A stretch of DNA of 64,000 bases from a virus (Duplodnaviria; Caudoviricetes). The stretch lies in IMG/VR virus record IMGVR_UViG_3300025674_000014, one strand, 5' to 3'. Under the pieces are notes generated by a model. That model made no database searches, had not been told where the DNA came from, and saw only the letters and a program-made list of their open reading frames with translations. Positions 10,253 to 20,009 of the stretch are shown here, in pieces. Within the stretch, counting starts at the first letter, position 1. Each line of letters starts with the position of its first letter. A program made the translations under genes and the position numbers.

Positions 10253-12163
10253 TTAAGAGTTAACACCACTTCTGTAATCTTTAACATTACTAACTACATT
10301 AAAATAGTTATTGTTAGTGGTTGAAGGAGCTAATACATTATTAGATGTATTCTTTTGCAGCATAGCGGCCATCATTTTAGTTTGTTCGGTTGTTGCTTCT
10401 AATAATTGACTAAAGTCATTTCTTAATTTTAAAAGCGGGTGATCAGGGTTAAATGATTTTTCATCATAAACAGGGTTTACTTGATTTAATAACCCACCGC
10501 GCCCCGTACCTTCAGGTATGTCAGAGGGATAAGGTATATAATTTGAATCTTCAAAAATAGGTGTAATATTTGTATCTTCGGTACCCGGAGTTAATGATTC
10601 TTTTTCAGCTTCTTCTCTTTTTTGATATTCTTCTTCTCTAATTTGTTCTAAATAACTTTGATAAGATTGATAATAATTATCTCTAATTCTTTTACCCATC
10701 TTACCTCCATGATAATATTTACCGGTTTTTAAGGCCCAAGCTTTGTAATCCATTGTTTCGATATCTGGAAATTCATTTTTTATTGTTTCTCTTAATTCAG
10801 CAGATTTTCTTTTATATTTTTCATTTAGTTCTGCATCTGTCTTTCTAGCATCTACTTCGTCTTCAACAGCTGTTATAAATAAACCAAATTCTTCAGCTAA
10901 AAGATCGGAAACTTTACCGAATAAATTTTTAGTTAAATTATAAAAAGGTAACAGTAATGTTTCTTTTAATATAGTCCAACTCATACCTCCCTGAGCTTCG
11001 TCAATAGAAGGAAATACTTCATCACCGTTTAAGAATTTTAACCCCATAACAAATGGGTCATAACTACCAAATAAACTTTCAACAAAAGGAATAAAATTGG
11101 TTAGTGAAGGGTCTTTTTGAAAATCACTATACTGTAAACCTACTTTACCGAAATAACTTTTAACGTTTTGTTGACCTTGTTTTATGTCATACATCCCTTC
11201 TCTGAATATATCGCCAAAAGATTTAAAACCAATAGGTGTGTTTTTTAAATTAGCATAATCAGCTTGAGCATCATCACCCATTGCTTCTGAATTAATTAAC
11301 CAATTTAAAGCATCAATACCTAATCCTATTACAGTACCCACACCCGGAAACATATAAGCAAACCCAGCAGCTATATCTAGAAGACCTTCTATAGTTTTAC
11401 CTTCTTGATTAACTATTTTATCCATTCCTATACCAAGACTAAGTAAGAACCCGATACCTGGCAATTTTCTAAATAACCAACCGCCTACTTTAGCGCCTCC
11501 TTTCAATATAGGATTGAATAACGCTTTAAGAGGTTTTAAAAATGGTTGTAAAAATTTAAACCCTTTTATAGCAGAGAAAAATTTAGTTATTTTTTCCCCT
11601 AATTTTATTTTAGTAAAAAGTTTACCTATACCTTCACTTAACATTGAGGCTATTTTTGGTATAGCACCAGTTAAACCTAACGCAGTTAAAAAAGGTTTTA
11701 AGTTAAAAAATCTTCCTAATGCAGCTCCTATTGCAGGTATACCTATAAATTTTAAAAGTGATGGTAAAATAGGTCCTAATAGACTACCTAACATTCCTAA
11801 CAATCCAGAACCACCACCTTTTCCACCAGATGTTTGATTAGTTATATTATAAGTATTTTCATCTTTAAGCGCTGCAGCAGCTTTTTTAGATATACCAACT
11901 AATGTTACAGGTGTTGGTTTTTCTATTATTTCTCTAGGGGTTTTGCTTGATTGTTCTTTTTTTTCTTTAGTACCTTTAAATTTTTCAGAAATTACATCAG
12001 TATAATTTAAATTTTGTTTTGTAGATTTATCAGCAGTAGAAGTATTATTAGCTATTTTACTTAAAGTTTTTTCTAAATTTTTCTGGAAGTCAAGTTGCTG
12101 TTTAACGAACTTGTTAAACATATCCGCAAATTGAGCAGCAAATATAGTTGACTCACCTGTCAT
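10253..12163 (-). CDS. Tape-measure / gp29-like hub protein
   Basis: Gly/Leu-rich amphipathic helices (LGMLGSLLGPILPSLLKFIG, RKLPGIGFLLSLG), C-terminal TSNNVLAPSTTNNN; position after gp26-like. Confidence 0.65.
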   Translation of the reverse strand: MTGESTIFAAQFADMFNKFVKQQLDFQKNLEKTLSKIANNTSTADKSTKQNLNYTDVISEKFKGTKEKKEQSSKTPREIIEKPTPVTLVGISKKAAAALKDENTYNITNQTSGGKGGGSGLLGMLGSLLGPILPSLLKFIGIPAIGAALGRFFNLKPFLTALGLTGAIPKIASMLSEGIGKLFTKIKLGEKITKFFSAIKGFKFLQPFLKPLKALFNPILKGGAKVGGWLFRKLPGIGFLLSLGIGMDKIVNQEGKTIEGLLDIAAGFAYMFPGVGTVIGLGIDALNWLINSEAMGDDAQADYANLKNTPIGFKSFGDIFREGMYDIKQGQQNVKSYFGKVGLQYSDFQKDPSLTNFIPFVESLFGSYDPFVMGLKFLNGDEVFPSIDEAQGGMSWTILKETLLLPFYNLTKNLFGKVSDLLAEEFGLFITAVEDEVDARKTDAELNEKYKRKSAELRETIKNEFPDIETMDYKAWALKTGKYYHGGKMGKRIRDNYYQSYQSYLEQIREEEYQKREEAEKESLTPGTEDTNITPIFEDSNYIPYPSDIPEGTGRGGLLNQVNPVYDEKSFNPDHPLLKLRNDFSQLLEATTEQTKMMAAMLQKNTSNNVLAPSTTNNNYFNVVSNVKDYRSGVNS

Positions 12164-12169
12164 CTATAT

Positions 12170-12177
12170 TATTTATA
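12170..12177 (-). promoter_or_regulatory. T4-type late promoter TATAAATA
   Basis: Exact motif 6 nt before ATG 12163. Confidence 0.8.
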
Positions 12178-12184
12178 AGGGAAG

Positions 12185-12925
12185 TTAAGAGAACAGATCG
12201 TTTGATACGTCTACTGATACACCGTCAACGGTAGTTAAATCTGATTCTATTTGTTTAACTGATTGAATAAAAGATAATATCTTTTTAACAAAATTACCAG
12301 GTAATTGTTCCACAAGTTCTAATTTATCGTAATAATTCATATTACGTAAATTTACTGTAGTATCTTCTATAGTAACTTCATTAATATATTTTAAAATTTC
12401 ACTAGTATAAAGTTCACTAACAATTTCTTGAGTTGAAGTTTTTTTAGTTAACTTTTTAGAAATTTGATTGTTAATTGTTGAGTCATAATTTAGGTCAGGT
12501 ACTTTAACTTTAACTGATAAATCTTTTAGAGATATTTCTTTTTCTTCAAATAAATCTTTATAATCGTATTCAGCTAATTTTTTAATAACCGTATTTACAT
12601 TTACTTTTCCATCTTCATTTTCATAAACATTACCTACGGTAGAAGATCTAAAACTAAGAATTATGCTAGTTCTATCAAAAGTAGTTAGTGAATTTAAATC
12701 TAATTCTTCTTCTGAATTTTCAACAATTATAGTATTGAAGGTATTGTTAAAATTCATCAAACCACTAGCATCTGAAGGCATGCTAGATAGAATGGTTTTT
12801 TGTTGTTTAAGGGTAAAGGGTAAAAACTTTGACTTTTTACCCAATGAGGGGAGGAAGATAGAAAGACTTTTCTTTTTGTTAAGTTCTTTTAGCTTATTTA
12901 AAATTGCTTTACTATCTTCACTCAT
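12185..12925 (-). CDS. Baseplate hub assembly protein (gp26/gp51-like)
   Basis: IFLPSLGKKSKFLPFTLKQQKTIL motif; start set at 12925 because GTAAATA lies 5 nt upstream. Confidence 0.7.
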   Translation of the reverse strand: MSEDSKAILNKLKELNKKKSLSIFLPSLGKKSKFLPFTLKQQKTILSSMPSDASGLMNFNNTFNTIIVENSEEELDLNSLTTFDRTSIILSFRSSTVGNVYENEDGKVNVNTVIKKLAEYDYKDLFEEKEISLKDLSVKVKVPDLNYDSTINNQISKKLTKKTSTQEIVSELYTSEILKYINEVTIEDTTVNLRNMNYYDKLELVEQLPGNFVKKILSFIQSVKQIESDLTTVDGVSVDVSNDLFS

Positions 12926-12933
12926 AAACATAT

Positions 12934-13626
12934 TTACTTACTATTTTTAGATTTCCATGCTTCTAACATTGCAAGAACCTCTAATTTGAGATAAGGTGTA
13001 TTATGTTTTACCCATGACTTTTCATCTCTATCATAATAGTAGCACGCTAACTCTCCTACCTTTTGACCTGAAAGACAAGATTGCATATATGCATATAAGC
13101 TTAATTGTAGAGCGTAAGTGCTAAATTCACAAGCTGGTAAATGAGATAAAGGGTCCAACATATAATCCCCATATTGATTAGTAAATGTAAACTTTTTATT
13201 AGTCTTAAAATCAAATAGGTTGAAATACTTTCCTTGCGTTTCATATACGTCGGTGGTACCTGCTATTTTGTATTCGTGTAGCCATAGTTTCTTTTCTGGT
13301 TCAATCTTTGATCTATCTGGTTGCCAAATACGTTCAATAGGGTCAGTGTAAAGTTGTTTTTCTTCAGAAGTGATATCTTTTTCATGAAGCCAATTTTCCA
13401 TAACAAGGTGAATAGATGAACCATAATCACATGCTTGTTTGTTTACAGTTTTCCATCTCTCTTTTATTTCATCTTGAGATACCCCTTCGCGGTCAGCTAC
13501 AATTTTAGACATCTTTTCAAGTTCAAAAGGTTTCTTGAACTTACCAATCAATGTAGTGGCACTTAAGTACTTTTCGTTAGTTACGGGGTTTTTATACGTA
13601 TGTGATGCTGGATCAAATTCTAACAT
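12934..13626 (-). CDS. PD-(D/E)XK exonuclease
   Basis: SATTLIG, GSSIH, EKKL, IAGTTD, FDFKT and YALQLSLY motifs. Confidence 0.85.
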   Translation of the reverse strand: MLEFDPASHTYKNPVTNEKYLSATTLIGKFKKPFELEKMSKIVADREGVSQDEIKERWKTVNKQACDYGSSIHLVMENWLHEKDITSEEKQLYTDPIERIWQPDRSKIEPEKKLWLHEYKIAGTTDVYETQGKYFNLFDFKTNKKFTFTNQYGDYMLDPLSHLPACEFSTYALQLSLYAYMQSCLSGQKVGELACYYYDRDEKSWVKHNTPYLKLEVLAMLEAWKSKNSK

Positions 13627-13632
13627 TTAATC

Positions 13633-13641
13633 ATTATAACA
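13633..13641 (-). promoter_or_regulatory. Extended -10 promoter TGTTATAAT
   Basis: TGnTATAAT ending 6 nt before ATG 13626. Confidence 0.6.
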
Positions 13642-13646
13642 TACTT

Positions 13647-13925
13647 CTAAAAAATACCATCTTCATCATCATCTTCATCTTCATCAACAATGATTTCGGT
13701 ATCTATATCATCTATAAGTTGTTGAAGGCAGGTAACAATATACTTGCGTCTCTTCTGTTTAAAGACCTCGATAAATTCGAGTTTAGCTAACCTTGTTACT
13801 ATCGGTGCGTAATACTTTTTGGGTACATACAGTAAAATGGACCCATTTTTAGGGTCCATTATAATAGTATCGCAAAATTCTTCGCACACAGATAGAGCCA
13901 AATCAAGTATTGCCTCGTTATCCAT
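13647..13925 (-). CDS. Hypothetical protein with an acidic C-terminus
   Basis: Start reassigned to ATG 13925 (AATAAATA 5 nt upstream). Confidence 0.55.
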   Translation of the reverse strand: MDNEAILDLALSVCEEFCDTIIMDPKNGSILLYVPKKYYAPIVTRLAKLEFIEVFKQKRRKYIVTCLQQLIDDIDTEIIVDEDEDDDEDGIF

Positions 13926-13933
13926 GTATATAT

Positions 13934-14284
13934 TTATTGTCTCACCTGAGGGGTACCATTGTACCAATGAGCTCTAGCTGTTAGCGTACCAGAAGAGCCA
14001 GCGCAGCTTAATTGCTCAGTATTTGACATGCCCATAACAACAAATTTTTCACCGTTAGGGATAATAAAATCGTTCAATGAAGCAGGGTCTACACTTTCAC
14101 TATTGCCAGATTTTATCTTAAGATCACCTCCAGTTGTATTAAAGATCACAACTTCACTACACTTAACAGCAATATCAGGTTTAACGTAATTTGAAGCACC
14201 AGTTAGTGTAAATACTATGTTATAGCATTTGTTTAAATTTACATAAACAGTATTTGATGGAATATCGGGCATGTAATAGGCCAT
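13934..14284 (-). CDS. Hypothetical small beta-rich late protein
   Basis: 116 aa ORF; TTAAATA 5 nt upstream. Confidence 0.55.
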   Translation of the reverse strand: MAYYMPDIPSNTVYVNLNKCYNIVFTLTGASNYVKPDIAVKCSEVVIFNTTGGDLKIKSGNSESVDPASLNDFIIPNGEKFVVMGMSNTEQLSCAGSSGTLTARAHWYNGTPQVRQ

Positions 14285-14292
14285 AGAAATAT

Positions 14293-14730
14293 TTAATCTG
14301 CGTATGGATTATATTTACCTGATGCATGCAATTTAAGATTTTCATCTATCATTTTTTGAACAATACCTCCTCCTCGTTTGTAATCTCTATTCAAGGTAGG
14401 GTACATAGCCCTATTCAAATCCCACTTCTTGCATGCATGATACTTAGCGCTCTCTAATGATCTAAAGTAAATAGGGTGATCATCTTTAGTATTATGCCAA
14501 CTATAGTTCAAACGCATACCGCAAGTAGTAGGTAAATAGATATCCTCATCGAAAACTTCATTAGTTACAGGATCTGTTTCACCTTTATTATATCTAACAA
14601 TTTCTATTCTACAAGTATGATAATCTCTGATAATATAATATCCTTTTTTATCATCATGATGCCAGGTATGCCAATATTCAGCTTTTGATTTGGCTTTAGA
14701 TATAGATCGTCCCATTAGTTGTAAACCCAA
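14293..14730 (-). CDS. Hypothetical protein
   Basis: 145 aa ORF that tiles with its neighbours. Confidence 0.55.
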   Translation of the reverse strand: MGLQLMGRSISKAKSKAEYWHTWHHDDKKGYYIIRDYHTCRIEIVRYNKGETDPVTNEVFDEDIYLPTTCGMRLNYSWHNTKDDHPIYFRSLESAKYHACKKWDLNRAMYPTLNRDYKRGGGIVQKMIDENLKLHASGKYNPYAD

Positions 14731-14978
14731 ACGTGTACTTTTTTATTGTCTTTTGCTTTTGGTACGAAACCTTCTTCTACAAGATAATCAATTATTCTAT
14801 TGATACATTCTTGGGCTTCATCTTTTTTACTTGCATCGATGTTGGGAGGGGTTTTGAGAAAAACATTTTGATTTTTAGTTAAAGCAATATCACAATTACC
14901 AACTTTAAAATATTTAGACCCTAAAGTCAACAATTTTAAATCCGGAATGGACTGAAAAAAGTTTTGAACTTTTGGCAT
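14715..14978 (-). CDS. Hypothetical protein
   Basis: 87 aa ORF; AATAAATA 5 nt upstream. Confidence 0.55.
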   Translation of the reverse strand: MPKVQNFFQSIPDLKLLTLGSKYFKVGNCDIALTKNQNVFLKTPPNIDASKKDEAQECINRIIDYLVEEGFVPKAKDNKKVHVWVYN

Positions 14979-14989
14979 AATAATATTTA

Positions 14990-15223
14990 TTATTCTGCAA
15001 AACCTGTTTCTAGAGAATAGACTAGCTGACCGTTCTCATCATTCTTATCCTGAACTAGAATTACCTCAGTAATTTCTTGCAAACGCCAATTAATATTATC
15101 TTGAACCTCTTTATGAGCATCCATAGCAGTAAAAGCGTCGACATCAATTACTTGTTCTGTAGTTTTTGTCATAGTATCAATATCTTTGACACACACGATA
15201 ACTTTATATGCGTTCGTTTTCAT
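14990..15223 (-). CDS. Hypothetical protein
   Basis: ATG 15223 preceded by TTGATT-N16-TATAAT. Confidence 0.55.
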   Translation of the reverse strand: MKTNAYKVIVCVKDIDTMTKTTEQVIDVDAFTAMDAHKEVQDNINWRLQEITEVILVQDKNDENGQLVYSLETGFAE

Positions 15224-15271
15224 ATACAAATATTATAGCGTTAATCTGACCTTAATCAACTAAATATTTTT

Positions 15272-15841
15272 ATGGTCGGAATAAGTTCAATCATATCAGG
15301 GTTAGCCGCTCCGATATCAAATGTTATAACGAAATTTGTTACTCGTAAAGAGGATCAAATGCGTGTTCAGGCTGAAATAGAAAAGATTCAAAAAGATTTT
15401 GAAGCTAAAATCATAGAGAATCAAAATAACGTTCTACAAGCGCAAAAAGATATAGTATTAGCTGAAGTCCAAGGTCACTGGTTTCAACGTAATTGGAGAC
15501 CAGCTTTGATGTGGATAATCATATGTGTTATTGCTAACAATTATCTTATTGCTCCCTTAGTTAATCAAATTTCAACAGTATTTGGTGGTGAAAGTATATT
15601 TCCTGCGTTAGACCTACCGGATAAGTTGTTTAATTTAATGACAATTGGTCTAGGAGGCTATGTTGTTGGTAGAAGTGCTGAGAAAATTGTACCTCAATTA
15701 GCAGAAACAAAAGCTTTAGTAACTTCAGGAACGACTCCTGAACAACTAGAAGAAAAGAAAGTAAAGAAAGCTCAATTCAGAGAAGCTGTTGCAACAGCAA
15801 CAAGAAGACCTGAAACACCAAATATTGGCCCTAGATTCTAA
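15272..15841 (+). CDS. 3TM holin family protein
   Basis: LAEVQGHWFQRNWRPALMW motif, hydrophobic segments and LGGYVVGRSAEK; CTAAATA 5 nt upstream. Confidence 0.8.
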   Translation: MVGISSIISGLAAPISNVITKFVTRKEDQMRVQAEIEKIQKDFEAKIIENQNNVLQAQKDIVLAEVQGHWFQRNWRPALMWIIICVIANNYLIAPLVNQISTVFGGESIFPALDLPDKLFNLMTIGLGGYVVGRSAEKIVPQLAETKALVTSGTTPEQLEEKKVKKAQFREAVATATRRPETPNIGPRF

Positions 15842-16232
15842 ATAAAGCAGTAGAAGTACCTCTCTTAAAGATAGCTAGTGAAGCCCACTTATCTAGAGAG
15901 GTATTTTCATATAAAGAGACTTTAGGTCTTGGGTGTAAGAAATGAACCTGACTACCTTCAATTTCATAGTCACCTATAGCCGCACAGTATAGATGCTTAT
16001 AGCCTTCTGAATGACTCAAAGACATTTGCACATCTTTAAAGTTTTCATGAACTAATCTATAAATTGAAGGTAGATTTGAGGTTCCTGACTCACTGTAGAT
16101 CTTAAGTAGATCTGATTGAAAAGTTTGAGGTGATGCAAATTTTACATGTTTGGATGTTTTTGTTACCTTTTCGTAAGGACTATTATGAGTAGAAAAATAT
16201 TTTTCTAATAACATGTGATTATCTGCATCCAT
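15831..16232 (-). CDS. Hypothetical late protein
   Basis: GATAAATA 6 nt upstream; leader MDADNHMLLEKY. Confidence 0.55.
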   Translation of the reverse strand: MDADNHMLLEKYFSTHNSPYEKVTKTSKHVKFASPQTFQSDLLKIYSESGTSNLPSIYRLVHENFKDVQMSLSHSEGYKHLYCAAIGDYEIEGSQVHFLHPRPKVSLYENTSLDKWASLAIFKRGTSTALFRI

Positions 16233-16241
16233 ATTGTATAT

Positions 16242-16439
16242 TTATCCTAATAGTAAATTATCTTTATTACTTTTGTCACTATAAACTTTATCCCAACATT
16301 CACCGCATAGTTGACCACAACCTTCTACATAAAAGTTACGATAATCTATATGAGTATGTTCTGTATAAGGCGTTTCAGCTTCACAAAGTACGCATTTGTC
16401 CATCTTGACACCGTCTGTTTCTGTAATGATATCAGTCAT
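16242..16439 (-). CDS. Small CxxC...CxxC zinc-finger protein
   Basis: CVLC...GCGQLCGECW. Confidence 0.65.
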   Translation of the reverse strand: MTDIITETDGVKMDKCVLCEAETPYTEHTHIDYRNFYVEGCGQLCGECWDKVYSDKSNKDNLLLG

Positions 16440-16468
16440 AATTTATGATAATATATTTCTTTAAAATT

Positions 16469-17734
16469 CTACCCTCTTATAGTAATACCAACTAACCTAA
16501 CCTGTACTGGTGCAGGTATATTTGAACCTACGTGTATAGTTAATTCTTCCGTTCCTGTTACAAAAGAGTTTGGTATAATATGATAACTTGCATCATATCT
16601 ACGTCGCTGAGACCCATCTTTAATGTTAAACGGTAAAGAAGTTAACATCACATTAGAACCAGCAAGAGCATTTCTATAACCAAAAAACCCTGTAGCGTTA
16701 TCTTGATGTGCGCCGGTATACTGAAAGTGAAAATCTTGAATTTGACCCCAAGTTATATTAAAATTTTGAACTGCAGTTCTTACATCATTAATATCTAATG
16801 TTGCTGCTTTATAAGTTATTGGTTCATTTACACCTACCATCGAAACACCGTATCCTAAATAAGTTTGATAATCAGTAAATTTTTCTAAACCGGATGCTAA
16901 AGTAACATTATTACTTGTAATGTTAGGTGTAGGCTTGGCTAACACATTTAATAATGTTACCCCAAGATAGTTGGAACCACCCGGGTTTGAAGCTATAAAA
17001 TTATTACTTAAACCGGTAGGGGAGTTAGTTAAATTGCCATTATTATCAACATAAACAGCTTTTACACCAGCATTATTAAGCCCTGTAATTCTTAAAGATG
17101 ATACAGTTGGGTTAGTTGCATTTGATAAAATTTGATCAAAAGTAACATTATCAACATTACTACTAGCAATTCTACCAAGTACGCTATTTTCATTTACGCT
17201 AATACTATCGGGAGGAAGTTCATTAGTAGATGAATTACCTAATAAACTATTAGCAGATGAACTAGGTAAAACATCATATAATACTTCTCCTACTTTTAAT
17301 TGATTACCATCAATTAAAATAGAAACACCATCAACATCTACATTTAAATTATCGTTATTTAAAACTAAACCATCACCAATGTTTGCAGCTAATCCAATTT
17401 TATCATACCCTGCTTCAACTGATGCATTATCGTTTTCTAAAGATGTTGAACCTTGATAACCGGTTTTTCTTGCATATAAACCTGAACCTAATTTAAAATA
17501 GTCACCAGGCATTGGGTTTAAGGAAGCTACAGTATTAAAATCATTAACAGTACCTAGATATTTTACACCGGTAGCATTACCAATACCGCTTCCATCACCG
17601 ATAAAAAGTCTTTTAGTGTCGGTTGTAAACCCTAACTCACCTTCAGCTAGGGAAATTTGTTTTCGTTCATCATTAGTTCCTTTTCTAACTAATGAACGTA
17701 TAATAGTGTTATCTGTTATTTCTACGCTAGCCAT
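16469..17734 (-). CDS. Tail-fibre-like protein with an Mtd-N/hyaluronidase-N-type domain
   Basis: VRKGTNDER...LAEGELGFTTDTKRLFIGDG N-terminal motif. Confidence 0.7.
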   Translation of the reverse strand: MASVEITDNTIIRSLVRKGTNDERKQISLAEGELGFTTDTKRLFIGDGSGIGNATGVKYLGTVNDFNTVASLNPMPGDYFKLGSGLYARKTGYQGSTSLENDNASVEAGYDKIGLAANIGDGLVLNNDNLNVDVDGVSILIDGNQLKVGEVLYDVLPSSSANSLLGNSSTNELPPDSISVNENSVLGRIASSNVDNVTFDQILSNATNPTVSSLRITGLNNAGVKAVYVDNNGNLTNSPTGLSNNFIASNPGGSNYLGVTLLNVLAKPTPNITSNNVTLASGLEKFTDYQTYLGYGVSMVGVNEPITYKAATLDINDVRTAVQNFNITWGQIQDFHFQYTGAHQDNATGFFGYRNALAGSNVMLTSLPFNIKDGSQRRRYDASYHIIPNSFVTGTEELTIHVGSNIPAPVQVRLVGITIRG

Positions 17735-17735
17735 A

Positions 17736-19763
17736 TTATCTAAATTTTAAAAGTGTTGTACCTAAAACATCATCACCATTTATATCTTTCAACACGTGAT
17801 TAGTGTTAGCACTACCAGGTATGGTAATTAAATTTTGAGGATAATTTTGAGTGTTAGAATTATAAGCATTATAAAATGCACCATTTAATGCTCGTACATC
17901 AGGAGTACCTTCACCTCCATTAGGTGTAAATGTAGCGCCCGAACCAATACCTACCCCTTTTCTGTTAACAATACCATCGTTATACCCAGGAGCAAGTGAT
18001 GTAAATACCATGGTAGAATTACCTGATGAATAACTTACATCATATACAGAACTAAAATAATTATCCGTCTTTAAAGCATTTAACGTGGCATCTGCAACTT
18101 CATCTTCAGTTGAAGCAGATTGAATATCTACTTTTACTAAATTAGTTATATAACCCCTATGCTGTGAGTTTACAGATATATCAGGTTGAGTTGCTGAACC
18201 ATCTAAATCGTAGTAAATACAAGTTCTGTTACCTAAAGAATCATATACTAAAAAGTATTTACTATTTGATAAACTTGCTTTAGCAGGAAAATTAGTAATA
18301 CTATGACTTGCTTGTAATCCCCTACCACTTAAATATGCTGCTTCGGTACTTAATACCAGCCAATCATAAAAACTAGCTGAAACTTTACCGTTACTGCTAT
18401 CACCTGCACTCACACCGGAACCGCTTTTACTTTCGTAGGTATTAGCATTAGCGTAAGTAACAGCTGTATCTCCTATAGCATATGTTAATGTGCCTGGGCC
18501 TTGAGCATAATCTATATCATATGGTTCAGTAAAACCTTTTACTAAACATTGAATGTAAATATCATTACTATCAGTCCACGCATCAAAAATATTTTCTTCA
18601 TATGAATTTTGTATACCATTTATAGCTTCAACTACGTTAGCTTTTAAATCAGAACTTGTTGTTGAAAAATTACAACTTATTACTTCAGTTTCTGGATAAG
18701 ATTCAGAATATGCTAACAATGCAGTATCATCAGTAGGGTCTTGTATAAAAATAGAATAAATTACTCCATTACCCCCAGGTAATATAAAAGCTTTATTTTG
18801 GTACTCTCCTGCTGAAACTGGGTCTGTTGTAGTAAAATTACCTATTTTAAAATTAGCATATGCACCTTGATTGGATATACAACTTAAAGGTAGACCGGTT
18901 GTTAAAACTGTACCTGGAAAATCTTGTTTGTTTAAAAAGTAATAAGGATCAGTTAAAGTATCACCAGATAAGTTATTGACTATAGAAGATTGACCTAAAG
19001 CTCTTACAACAGTATTAGAACTGCTGCTACCTATACTTTGTATATTACCTTGAATTTTTGATGCATTTATTTTAGTGGTAGCATAACTATTAATACCTTC
19101 AGTAAGAAGATTTGCATCTGATGCATTTGATATAGGAAAGGTAGGACTAGCATCTAATTTACTAAACCCCGATGCTGACATAAACCCCGGGTTAGTGGCA
19201 TCTGCATTAGAGTGGTGCTGGGTTAAAGTAGCAGTATCTTGAAATCCTAAACCACCGTGTGAAATATTAGTTAATGTACCAACAGATAATTCATTAGAAC
19301 CATTAAAGGTAAGTAAAGTTGATGATTCGGTATCAGTAGCAATATTAATGTATAAAGTATCTGAAGCATCTAAAGCTAAACCAGCTCCTACTTTATCAGC
19401 AGATAATGTTGCAGCTCCAGGTACTAATTCAAGATGATTATTTGAATTATATCTTATAGTACTACCATCAACTCTTGATGATAAAAGATACCATGAATCA
19501 GTAGATGTATAATCTGATGCAGTTAAAGTATAATATAAATTGTTATCTAAAGTAGTATCACCTATAACTGAGTTAGTAGCTACTCTTGCTGTGCTAAAGG
19601 TTTTATTACCTACAATGTTTCCTCCTGTGGAAGTACCATCACCAGCAAATACACGCTTGGTGTCAATAGTGTAGCCTAATTCACCTTCATCTAGTATAAC
19701 GCGCTTTCTTTCCTGGTCAGTACCTCTACGAATTTTTATTTTTGCTGCATCTACCGTCGGCAT
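17736..19763 (-). CDS. Tail-fibre-like protein with an Mtd-N/hyaluronidase-N-type domain
   Basis: KIKIRRGTDQER...LDEGELGYTIDTKRVFAGDG; Ser/Thr/Gly-rich body; AATAAATA 7 nt upstream. Confidence 0.7.
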   Translation of the reverse strand: MPTVDAAKIKIRRGTDQERKRVILDEGELGYTIDTKRVFAGDGTSTGGNIVGNKTFSTARVATNSVIGDTTLDNNLYYTLTASDYTSTDSWYLLSSRVDGSTIRYNSNNHLELVPGAATLSADKVGAGLALDASDTLYINIATDTESSTLLTFNGSNELSVGTLTNISHGGLGFQDTATLTQHHSNADATNPGFMSASGFSKLDASPTFPISNASDANLLTEGINSYATTKINASKIQGNIQSIGSSSSNTVVRALGQSSIVNNLSGDTLTDPYYFLNKQDFPGTVLTTGLPLSCISNQGAYANFKIGNFTTTDPVSAGEYQNKAFILPGGNGVIYSIFIQDPTDDTALLAYSESYPETEVISCNFSTTSSDLKANVVEAINGIQNSYEENIFDAWTDSNDIYIQCLVKGFTEPYDIDYAQGPGTLTYAIGDTAVTYANANTYESKSGSGVSAGDSSNGKVSASFYDWLVLSTEAAYLSGRGLQASHSITNFPAKASLSNSKYFLVYDSLGNRTCIYYDLDGSATQPDISVNSQHRGYITNLVKVDIQSASTEDEVADATLNALKTDNYFSSVYDVSYSSGNSTMVFTSLAPGYNDGIVNRKGVGIGSGATFTPNGGEGTPDVRALNGAFYNAYNSNTQNYPQNLITIPGSANTNHVLKDINGDDVLGTTLLKFR

Positions 19764-19781
19764 ATATGATTATTTATTAAA

Positions 19782-20009
19782 TTAGTATGAATCTAAAGAC
19801 TTAGTAAAGTCATATTCATCAATATATTTGCTGACAAGATCTTTTGCTATTCTGAAGGTTTTATTTATTTCGTCTTTATTTGAACTGAAAATATGAACCC
19901 CGAACAAAAAAGCCGGGGTTACTTTAGTGACAGCGGAGATATACTCTCCTTCATCTTCACTCTTTCTAATTAAATAAAAAATAATATCTTGATCATTAAT
20001 TTTAGACAT
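19782..20009 (-). CDS. Hypothetical protein
   Basis: 75 aa ORF overlapping the upstream gene end. Confidence 0.45.
   Translation of the reverse strand: MSKINDQDIIFYLIRKSEDEGEYISAVTKVTPAFLFGVHIFSSNKDEINKTFRIAKDLVSKYIDEYDFTKSLDSY

Noticed and set aside
12934-13626. Cas4 or phage CRISPR system
   Set aside because: A generic PD-(D/E)XK nuclease without the four-Cys Fe-S pattern; no array or other cas genes
16469-19763. Diversity-generating retroelement targeting the Mtd-N genes
   Set aside because: No reverse transcriptase and no TR/VR repeat pair seen in the window
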